Origin: a virus
Taxonomy: Duplodnaviria > Caudoviricetes
IMG/VR virus record: IMGVR_UViG_3300033153_005246
Location: 1 to 59,239 of that record
Direction: 5' to 3' (one strand)
Length of the DNA stretch: 59,239 nucleotides
Shown: in pieces, positions 51,048 through 59,239 of the stretch
Numbering within the stretch: position 1 is the stretch's first letter
Layout of the letters: every line of letters begins with the position of its first letter
The notes under the pieces: model-generated
The model's database searches: none
The model's input: the letters and a program-made list of their open reading frames with translations, nothing else
Told to the model about the DNA's origin: nothing
Translations under genes and position numbers: made by a program

Positions 51048-51955
51048 ATGATCCACTTTGTTTTCCTTTCAGTTTTGGGTGTTCTGTGAATCCCATCAGT
51101 TATTGCCAAATTATTTCTCCTTTTCATAACATTCTATTTTATGCTCAAGTTCTTCAATACGAGTGTATTTAACTGCTAATTCTACTAATGAATTATTTAT
51201 TGTATTCTTCAACTCTTGAAAATATTCCTCATATTGATCTGCTGATGCTTAAATCCAATTTAACTGGTCTTTTAGAGATTCAATCCCTTCCTGTTTCTTA
51301 GCAACTATTTTAATATTCCACTCTTTAATATTGGTGATCTCTGCCTGATATTTTTTGATAATATCATTCACAAAATCTACATTAGTTATCTCACCAGTGT
51401 AATTGGGTTTTCCGGCATCAATTGATTTTTCCGACTGTGTGTATGTCCTACCTGAGAAGGATTCAATTATTACGGGTTTGGTCATTTCCCATTTTTGAAT
51501 TGCATTATTAAAAATGTTTTCACATCCCCTACAGATAAAAATACTATCTCCTGCATAATCTGAATATACATTGCCACATATTGGACATGGATTGTCGTTA
51601 TTTACTCCCATTCTGATTCTCCTCGTCTTTGTCTATCTCTTCCTGCATTGTTGGAGATACACCATTCTTTTTTGCACGATCCATAAATTCATCCCATGTC
51701 TCATTTTCTCTCATTCTAATCCTCCTTTTAGTAGGTCATCTTTGAGAGTTTCACGTATCCCATATGTCCCTTCTCCGTTTTCTTCAATTCTCCCAATACA
51801 ATACTGTATCAAAACAATAGCAAGCTCAAACTTCTTCTCAAGTTCTTCATAATCTGATTCTAATTTTCTAACTTCTTTAGGCTCACAAATTTCTTTTCTT
51901 AAAGGAGTGTGTACTATTTTGATTTTTATTGGTTTTCTCATATTATTAGTTCTCC

Positions 51956-53830
51956 TTATCCAATCATTTCCAAAAGCTGTTCTTCTGAAATTATTTCCAC
52001 ACCTAATTCTTTTGCTTTCTTATTTTTAGATGAATTACTAAGCTTATCATTATTAACTAAGTAATCTGTTTTACTATTCACAGCAGATCCTACTTTTCCT
52101 CCCAGTAGTTCGATACTCTCTTGAATATCTTTCCTACTACCAGAATGTAGTTTCCCAGTAATTACAAAAGATATACCTTGTAATTTCACATTAGATATTT
52201 TTACTTCTTTTATATTGATATACTGAAGAACATTATCCATTTCCTGCTTTAAAGATTCCATATGTTCTGAAAATACATTGTAAAGTTTAGAACCCAAACC
52301 ATCAATCTGAATGAACTCTTCTTTTGTAATATTCCTTATATCCTGCAATGTCGTAAATCCTGCACCAATAAGTTTTTTTGTATGACGTTCTCCAAATGCT
52401 CGGATATTAAATCCCGCAATGAATTTCTCTAAAGGAATCTCTTTAACTTTGTATAATTCATCTAGTGCTTTTTCGGTAGCTCTTTTTAAATTTGTCAGTT
52501 CTAATGCGATCTCTTTAAAATCAGGAAGATAGAGATCTGCAATTTCCATCACAATTTCCTGCTCTACTAATCTTACCACCATTTCCTTACCAAACCCATA
52601 CACATCAAGATGTTCTATCCATTTATTTATTCGCTGTACAGTTTTAGCTGTGCACAGGGGCGACTTACAATACAATCTGGTACTTGCATCCATTTCTACT
52701 GTCCCACCGCAAACTGGACATTCCTCTGGTGTCTCGATAGCTATTCTACGCTCATTTCTTTCATGTACTCTTTCTACTTTCGGAATTATATCGTTGCGTT
52801 TGCAAATCACAACTGTATCTCCAATAGCTATATCTAATCTATTTATTTCAGCTATATTTACTAAAGAGGCTTTTGCGACATTGCTACCATCAATAAAAAC
52901 GGATTTTAATTGTGCTACAGGAGTAAGTGTTTCTCCTGAAATTTGCCACTCCACCCCTTCTAAGGTTGTAGTCGTTTCTGTTGCTGGAAACTTCCATGCA
53001 ATCTGTTTTTTTGGTCTATCCTTTTTCCTATCGTTTATATCGATCTTATTAGATTTTAATACAAGCCCATCAATCTGGAGATTTAAAGAGGATCTTGTAT
53101 CTAAAACATTTTCAGAAATTGGTATAAACTCTTCAATAGAATTACAGAAATATGTCTGAGGTTGATTAAATCCTTCATATTCTAAGAAATTATTAATTCC
53201 CTTATTAGTAATCATATCACCACTGTCTCCCATAGAAGTGTCATATGCAATAAACTCCAAATATTTACAATTAACACTATTGTGTTTCTTTACAAAACCT
53301 GAAGCTAAGTTTCTTGGGTTTTCATAATCTTCAGAAAACTTTTCTCTAAATATATGCTGGGGTAGACATACTTCTCCTCTAATAGAAATCAGATCTTTAG
53401 ATTGGATTGTAGAAGGAATACCATTAATATTTATAGCATTAGGGGTGACTAAATCTCCCAAAATTCCCGTTCCCCTCGTAATGGATTTAGTAAGCTTTCC
53501 TTTATTATAAATCACTTCCAGCGAAATCCCATCTAATTTATGCTGCACCATAATTGGGAATTCAATATTATTTAATCGAACCCAATTTCTTATTTCTGTT
53601 TCTGTAGTTGCTTTATGCTGTGATCCCATCATTAGCAGATGATCTGCTTTAGGCCAATTAGATACAACATCATTCCCTATCTTCAACAATACAGATGAAT
53701 CTGGGTATTTATTTTGAAGCTCATCCCACAATTTATCAAATTCTGCATCAGACATTATGGGCTTGCTATTTTTATAGTATGCTTGTTGTGCCTCTTGTAT
53801 TAGCGTTTCTAATGTTGATTGTTCTTTCAT
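51956..53830 (-). CDS. ligA: NAD-dependent DNA ligase
   Basis: YY...MSDAEFD, KLDG, RGE, NPRN, DGLVLK, AWKF, zinc finger and C-terminal BRCT. Confidence 0.95.
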   Translation of the reverse strand: MKEQSTLETLIQEAQQAYYKNSKPIMSDAEFDKLWDELQNKYPDSSVLLKIGNDVVSNWPKADHLLMMGSQHKATTETEIRNWVRLNNIEFPIMVQHKLDGISLEVIYNKGKLTKSITRGTGILGDLVTPNAININGIPSTIQSKDLISIRGEVCLPQHIFREKFSEDYENPRNLASGFVKKHNSVNCKYLEFIAYDTSMGDSGDMITNKGINNFLEYEGFNQPQTYFCNSIEEFIPISENVLDTRSSLNLQIDGLVLKSNKIDINDRKKDRPKKQIAWKFPATETTTTLEGVEWQISGETLTPVAQLKSVFIDGSNVAKASLVNIAEINRLDIAIGDTVVICKRNDIIPKVERVHERNERRIAIETPEECPVCGGTVEMDASTRLYCKSPLCTAKTVQRINKWIEHLDVYGFGKEMVVRLVEQEIVMEIADLYLPDFKEIALELTNLKRATEKALDELYKVKEIPLEKFIAGFNIRAFGERHTKKLIGAGFTTLQDIRNITKEEFIQIDGLGSKLYNVFSEHMESLKQEMDNVLQYINIKEVKISNVKLQGISFVITGKLHSGSRKDIQESIELLGGKVGSAVNSKTDYLVNNDKLSNSSKNKKAKELGVEIISEEQLLEMIG

Positions 53831-54311
53831 TTTATTCTCCTTTAATTTGGTTGAGAGCTTTGTCAGACAGTTTAACTATAACATTGCTTAAACTTTTTAC
53901 ATCATAATCACCTTCTACACATGGGAAAAATGATTTAATACTTTTTATTGTTTTCTCAGCAACTCTGAGCTTTTCCTCAAGTTTTGTAGTGTACATTTCT
54001 GCTTTAAGTGGCAACTCAGCAGCTCCGTGTCTTACATCCCTATGCCCTTCTTTGTAAATTACTTCTTTATTTTTCAATCCAATAGAACCACCCATTTTAT
54101 TCTTATCAATTCGTATATTCATTATTTCTGTATGTAAATCTATCTTCTTACTCATATTTTTTCCTTTATCTTTTATCCTTTTTCAATAAATTTTAACCAC
54201 TCATCGTATGTTGTGGTACTACTTCCAAAAGAAGAAGCATTATTGTCTTCCAACCATCTTGCGAGTTCCTTTGGTGTTGTAAATACTGTCAATAGGAAAA
54301 ATTGAAATAAC

Positions 54312-55760
54312 TCACAAATCTTCCAAATCTGCAATGTCTTCCTCGTCATAATTATTATCACAAATTACGGTAGAATAGTTTGGTATATCTTTTTTCCACC
54401 TTGAATCAATTATTGCCCTTCCAAATAGGAAATTTTGCAGTGTTACGACCTCACCAAAATATTCTTCATTTCTACCACTCGCAGATATTCTCATTATACC
54501 TCTTTCTTTTTCCTCATTAGTTTGATTAAGAGAAAGCAGCAATGAAGCGTGATGGAAAAGAGAATAAGATTCTGCGATTGTCTCCTCTGAACCGCCCGTC
54601 TTAAGTCCAGATTTTGCGAACTGAATTGGAGCTAATACCATTAATTTCATCTCTTCACACATCTCTCTTTTTATTCTGGTAGCCGTATCGTCATATTGAT
54701 GTCGTTTTTCTTTTCCTTTAGCACCTGAAATAAGAGAAAGCTGATCAATTACAATTACATCTAAGTCAATCCCATCATTTTGTGATGCATTAATTATAGT
54801 AGTCTTCATAGCATCAATACTTGATCCTCCAGTAATGGTATCAAAAAAAAGAAATTGTCCCGGCTTGCATTGTCTATCAAATAATCTCCAAACTCTTTCA
54901 GCTCTTTTGGGTGTTAATTGCTTAATCTTGTGTTTTTCGTACTGTATATTACCACGTTTGTCAAACTCAGGTGTATATTTTTCTTTAGTGATTTTTTTAA
55001 ATGTTTGACCACTTACAAATTGGGCTAATCGTTTCCCAAACAAGTCCCACCCCATTTCTAAACTAAAATAAGCAACATTCAAGCCTGCCTGCATTGCATA
55101 CATAGCTAACTGCATACTGTAAAAACTTTTTCCACGTTTTGAATTCCCACCTATCATGAAGAAATCTGCTGGTGCTATTTCGGGAACTAACTCACCTAAA
55201 GCTCCGGGTATTTTAAATAAGGATGACTTTTGAGTAAAAAGATCATTAAGAGCATTCCTGTCTTTAAATACATTAATACCCTTAGAACCATTTTTCTCTT
55301 TCCTCACATAACGCTTCTGTTCCTTCTCAGCCTCTGCAATTTTCCCCAGAGAAACCAACCCTTTTACTTTATCAGCATTTTCTGTTAGGCTCCTGCCCTT
55401 AATGTAATCTTCTACTTGATGGAAAATATAGTCTCCATCAAATTTGGTTTTATCCTCAATATATTTGGCATTAATATTTTCTAAAGTAGATTCAATAAGC
55501 TCAACATCTTCTTCACTTTGGATATTCTTACTCTCTGCTTTAAAGATATCCATGATAGATTCATTGGGTGCAACACTGTATTTACGGTGGTAATCTAACG
55601 TCCATCCTATGATAATTCTTAAATATTTGGATTTCAGGAGATTTAGGTCTTCTCCTATCAAAAGTTGGAAATCCCTACAGAATTTGGTGCTGATGATTGT
55701 TCCTATGGCTGAATTCATTTCGTCATCTAAACTTATTTTACTTCTTCGGTACTTACCCAT
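54312..55760 (-). CDS. dnaB: DnaB-like replicative helicase
   Basis: GNSKRGKS Walker A, FSLEM and IVIDQ motifs; start uncertain (55760-55778). Confidence 0.8.
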   Translation of the reverse strand: MGKYRRSKISLDDEMNSAIGTIISTKFCRDFQLLIGEDLNLLKSKYLRIIIGWTLDYHRKYSVAPNESIMDIFKAESKNIQSEEDVELIESTLENINAKYIEDKTKFDGDYIFHQVEDYIKGRSLTENADKVKGLVSLGKIAEAEKEQKRYVRKEKNGSKGINVFKDRNALNDLFTQKSSLFKIPGALGELVPEIAPADFFMIGGNSKRGKSFYSMQLAMYAMQAGLNVAYFSLEMGWDLFGKRLAQFVSGQTFKKITKEKYTPEFDKRGNIQYEKHKIKQLTPKRAERVWRLFDRQCKPGQFLFFDTITGGSSIDAMKTTIINASQNDGIDLDVIVIDQLSLISGAKGKEKRHQYDDTATRIKREMCEEMKLMVLAPIQFAKSGLKTGGSEETIAESYSLFHHASLLLSLNQTNEEKERGIMRISASGRNEEYFGEVVTLQNFLFGRAIIDSRWKKDIPNYSTVICDNNYDEEDIADLEDL

Positions 55761-56532
55761 CCATTCCCTCATTCTCAATCCTATATTTTGCTACATCTAC
55801 CCATTTCCAATTAAAGAATTCCGACTTTTCTTTTTCACAATATCCATTATCAATTCCTATGAAGTTTCTATTTAAGTTTTTACAAGCTACTCCTGTAGAT
55901 CCTGATCCCATCGTACAATCCAAAACTGTATCTCTTTCATTGGTAAAAGTCTTAACAAAGAATTCCATCAATGCTACAGGCTTTTGAGTTGGATGATAAT
56001 TACTGGTTAAAATATCCCTTTGTATTTTCAGTACCTGAGTGGGGTATCTCCATCCAGTATCTTCATATTCCTTAACAGCTTTCTCATTACTGTCTGTTAA
56101 TACACCCATCTTTCCGTTCTTGACTTTATTACTTCGTTTAGCACCAGTATACTTAATCATTTGTGGATTATACGTTGGTTGTTTATTATAAAAGATGCAA
56201 CATTCTTCTACCGTTTTTCCAGCTCTTCTTTTAACTTGAGCAATATTTGTTAGTCGCTCTTTCTCCCAATAATAGCAGTATTTAAATATTTTATAATTAG
56301 AGGAAATAAGGGCAGAAGTAAATGGTTGCTGTGCTGTTAAAACAATGGCTCCATTGTGTTTATTTAATTTGTTGAATCGTTCCCACATTGGTTCAAAAGG
56401 GATAATCTTGTCCCATGCTAAATTTGTAACAGAATATGGTAGATCTGTGATAATTGCATCTACCTTAATTCCTTCTTCAATTAATTCATCCATGATTTCC
56501 AGTGTATTTCCGTGTATTAATCTGTTATTCAT
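55753..56532 (-). CDS. Beta-class N4/N6 DNA methyltransferase
   Basis: TDLPY, HPTQKP and LDCTMGSGSTG motifs. Confidence 0.9.
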   Translation of the reverse strand: MNNRLIHGNTLEIMDELIEEGIKVDAIITDLPYSVTNLAWDKIIPFEPMWERFNKLNKHNGAIVLTAQQPFTSALISSNYKIFKYCYYWEKERLTNIAQVKRRAGKTVEECCIFYNKQPTYNPQMIKYTGAKRSNKVKNGKMGVLTDSNEKAVKEYEDTGWRYPTQVLKIQRDILTSNYHPTQKPVALMEFFVKTFTNERDTVLDCTMGSGSTGVACKNLNRNFIGIDNGYCEKEKSEFFNWKWVDVAKYRIENEGMDG

Positions 56533-57301
56533 TTACACCTCTGCTATTGTCAAAAGAATATTCACCACGATACTTTTCTTCTCCTTCTTTACGAGCTTTT
56601 ATAGCATCTTCTTTGTTTGTAAATCGCCCTAAAAATCTTTGTTTATGTCCTATAGTTATACCAACTTCCCATTTATTATAAGTAGATGACCAAAATACAC
56701 CAGCTATTCCTGATGAATTATTTGTGTTTTTTTTCCTATTCATACTATTTTGTAAATGAGTGCAAATTCTTATATTATTTCTCCTATTATTCAGTCCATT
56801 GCCATCTTTATGGTCTACTACATACTCATCTATAGGAGAAAGTAGTAGTCTATGCATTAGGATATTCTTATGCTCATAATTATAAGTACTTCTAAGGGAT
56901 GCACAAGCATAAAAAGTATTACCATATTCTGTCTTAAGTACTCTCCAACAATAATTTTTAATTATTGGATAATCATTTTTATTAATAATGGTATATGTAT
57001 TTTCTTTATTAAAGAAAAATACCTTAATATAATCACCACATTCTTCTATTCTATTAGTTTTTTTACTTCTTTTAGATACAGTTTCCTTTCTGATACACCC
57101 ACAGGATTTTGGATTATTGCTAATTAATCCATGTTTGCTTGCTAAAGTAGTATTTCCACAATCACACTTACATATATATTTCCACACACTAGGAAGTATT
57201 CTTTTGCCATTTTTAATTTTACTACTCTCATCAACTTCTATTACAGTAAGTCTATTAAATTTCATTCCTTTCTTTAAATATTTAGGGTATTTCTTTTTCA
57301 T
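56525..57301 (-). CDS. HNH homing endonuclease with AP2 domain
   Basis: Third paralogue: KYPKYL...CKCDCG...SCGC, MHRLL..VDHKDGNGLNNRRNNIR, NNSSG..GVFW. Confidence 0.85.
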   Translation of the reverse strand: MKKKYPKYLKKGMKFNRLTVIEVDESSKIKNGKRILPSVWKYICKCDCGNTTLASKHGLISNNPKSCGCIRKETVSKRSKKTNRIEECGDYIKVFFFNKENTYTIINKNDYPIIKNYCWRVLKTEYGNTFYACASLRSTYNYEHKNILMHRLLLSPIDEYVVDHKDGNGLNNRRNNIRICTHLQNSMNRKKNTNNSSGIAGVFWSSTYNKWEVGITIGHKQRFLGRFTNKEDAIKARKEGEEKYRGEYSFDNSRGVNE

Positions 57302-58977
57302 TTCTTCTCCTTATACATCTTTATCAATTCTTTATACATGTTAGAAACTTGCCCTTTCCCATCAAATTCACCATCTATAACAGCATCCGAAGTAGCTTGT
57401 TTTTCTTGTATTATCTCTAATACTTTTTCATCCACTGTATTTCTGCCTACTAAATGATATACTTTAGTAATCCCTATCTTATTCATCCTATTGAGTCTTC
57501 CTATGGCTTGAATCAATGCCCCAGAGGTAAAAGGATCTTGGTATAGTACCATAGTGGTTGAAATCAGATGGAGTCCATCTAATCCTTCCTTTCCGGCTAT
57601 GAGATTTAAAGCAAAGATATTTATCTTAGGGTCTTCAATAAATTTGTCAATTAAATTCAATCTTTCATCCATAGGAATAGAACCGTCTATCTTTAAAGCC
57701 CTATCTCCATAGTGTTCCATAACTATACCCATTAAAGCCTTATTGTGAATGAATATAACAATTTTATCAGTATTATCTAATAAATCATCTGTAAATGATA
57801 AACAAGAAGAAGCCTTATTTTCGTAGCAACATTTCATTAATGCTTGCATTTTTTGCAAGCCTGTAGCAGTATTGTCTTCATCTGTTTTAGCATGTTCAGA
57901 GAACTCTTCCTCTATTTTTATATACTCATCATAATTATCTAAATCCACAGGGACAATACTTTGAACCACAGGAGGCAAATCTGGCATAACTTCTTCTGGT
58001 TTAAAACGTATCAACAAATTATTTTTCAATAAAGTATGTAATTCAGCAGCATTACTAAGTCCATCAAATGTCCTTATTTTTCTACCTTTCCCAAGAAACT
58101 TCCATTGAGGATCACAAAATCTATTTAAAAAACTATATCTATTTGGAAAGACTTTTGGTTTCAATATATTCGCCATATTGAATATTTCCTTAGTTTTATT
58201 GTTAATGAACGTAGCAGAAAGAGCTAGAAAGTAAGGGACTCCTTCAGATAAGTATTTTATACTATGATAGGTTTTAGAATTTTCATTAGCGTATTTCTGA
58301 GCCTCATCGGTAAGTATCATTTCAAATTTATTTGACCTAAACTCTACCAATTTCTGAGAAGGTGTTGGCACTTTCTTTTTTCCCACAAAATCTATCTGTC
58401 TGCTAAATTTCTCATAATTAATTATAAAAATATCGTATGCTCCTTTATAATCAATGAGTTCATTTGTATTTTTTATAATTTTTATACGATCATCTTTATT
58501 AACCCATTTGAAATATTCACGTTTTAGATTGTGGGTTGTGGAAGAAGTAGTCACCATAAGTACAGGGAACTTTTCTTTCCAATCTATTACAGCCATTGCT
58601 ATTAATGATTTACCACTGCCTACCGGAAGTCCTACTCCGGCTCTAAATTTAAAATACTTAATGAGTTTCATAGTTTTCTTCTGAAATGGTCGCATTACCT
58701 TTTCGTATTCTTCTGGGATGGCTATTTGATTCACTCTTCTCCAGTTAATATCCTGTGTTCCCTTCCATTTATTATACACATCAGGATGCAGGTCAAAGTT
58801 AAGTTTATGTAGCATCTCCACATATTCATCATCCCATACTATCTCCCACTCTGATGATGCTCCAATAAACTTCCGATCTTGTGCCGGAATAGTTTTAATC
58901 TTTTCTAAAATCTTTTTGAAATCGTTTCCTTTGAACTTCAAAAGGATTCTGTTTTCATTGAGTCTCGCTTTTTTCAG
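57298..58977 (-). CDS. SNF2-family SF2 helicase/translocase
   Basis: MRPFQ, GSGKS, INYE, DEAQ, LSAT, EGLD and QAIGRLNR motifs; start placed at a CTG 6 nt behind AAGGAG (the ORF-track GTG at 59028 lies inside the repeat). Confidence 0.85.
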   Translation of the reverse strand: MKKARLNENRILLKFKGNDFKKILEKIKTIPAQDRKFIGASSEWEIVWDDEYVEMLHKLNFDLHPDVYNKWKGTQDINWRRVNQIAIPEEYEKVMRPFQKKTMKLIKYFKFRAGVGLPVGSGKSLIAMAVIDWKEKFPVLMVTTSSTTHNLKREYFKWVNKDDRIKIIKNTNELIDYKGAYDIFIINYEKFSRQIDFVGKKKVPTPSQKLVEFRSNKFEMILTDEAQKYANENSKTYHSIKYLSEGVPYFLALSATFINNKTKEIFNMANILKPKVFPNRYSFLNRFCDPQWKFLGKGRKIRTFDGLSNAAELHTLLKNNLLIRFKPEEVMPDLPPVVQSIVPVDLDNYDEYIKIEEEFSEHAKTDEDNTATGLQKMQALMKCCYENKASSCLSFTDDLLDNTDKIVIFIHNKALMGIVMEHYGDRALKIDGSIPMDERLNLIDKFIEDPKINIFALNLIAGKEGLDGLHLISTTMVLYQDPFTSGALIQAIGRLNRMNKIGITKVYHLVGRNTVDEKVLEIIQEKQATSDAVIDGEFDGKGQVSNMYKELIKMYKEKK

Positions 58978-58992
58978 TGTTTTCTCCTTTCT

Positions 58993-59160
58993 TTCCAATA
59001 ACTGCCCCTTTTTAAGCAATAGGTACACTACCAGCTTTTGATACTAAACACGTAAGTCCTCCAATAACTGCCCCTTTTTAAGCAATAGGTACACATACCT
59101 TACCAAGTAGATCTTATTTTATGCCTCCAATAACTGCCCCTTTTTAAGCAATAGGTACAC
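58993..59160. CRISPR. CRISPR mini-array: 3 x 36-bp repeats, 2 x 30-bp spacers
   Basis: CTCCAATAACTGCCCCTTTTTAAGCAATAGGTACAC at 59059-59094 and 59125-59160, and a 1-mismatch copy at 58993-59028; unique 30-bp spacers at 59029-59058 and 59095-59124. Confidence 0.85.
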
Positions 59161-59217
59161 AGTGACAATATAACTCTTTTCAGTGTAGCTATTTAGGATA
59201 ATTATTAGTGAGGAAAA

Positions 59218-59239
59218 ATGAATAATCATAATCAAAAAT
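59218..59239 (+). CDS. Possible start of a gene running off the window (MNNHNQK...)
   Basis: GAGG RBS-like sequence before an ATG; only 7 codons are visible. Confidence 0.3.

Noticed and set aside
58978-59028. ORF-track N-terminal extension of the helicase (MYLLLKKGQLL...)
   Set aside because: It is the translated repeat and has no RBS; a strong RBS precedes the CTG at 58977
59029-59124. Self-targeting by the spacers, or an anti-repeat/tracrRNA within the window
   Set aside because: No match noticed by eye; a proper alignment is needed to exclude it
1-59239. Alternative genetic code (stop-codon reassignment)
   Set aside because: Standard code 11 gives full-length, densely packed conserved genes ending in TAA, TGA and TAG

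Overview
AT-rich segment of a large tailed dsDNA phage genome. Positions 1-4443 (+) hold the end of a tail gene and a probable lysis module. Positions 4526-59028 (-) are a long early/middle region driven by at least 10 perfect-TTGACA sigma70 promoters. It encodes replication and recombination genes (UDG-fused PolA, DnaB, clamp and clamp loader, NAD ligase, RecA, SSB, split SbcC plus SbcD), nucleotide metabolism (NrdJ, Trx, ThyX, dNMP kinase), RNA repair (Rnl2, CCA enzyme, other nucleotidyltransferases), four DNA methyltransferases and HNH nucleases. Several features point to a spirochaete host. Best leads: (1) a CmoA-like carboxy-SAM synthase coupled to a C5 DNA methyltransferase whose motif-X Asn is replaced by Arg, predicting 5-carboxymethylcytosine DNA; (2) a cas-less CRISPR mini-array (3 x 36-bp repeats, 2 x 30-bp spacers) between an SNF2 helicase and an ORF that runs off the window; (3) a 202-nt tRNA-like structured RNA upstream of a CCA-less tRNA-Cys; (4) a stand-alone RpoD region-4 gene fused to a duplicated thioredoxin 5' end. 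All family calls come from motif recognition by eye; no searches were run. Many small hypothetical ORFs are not listed.
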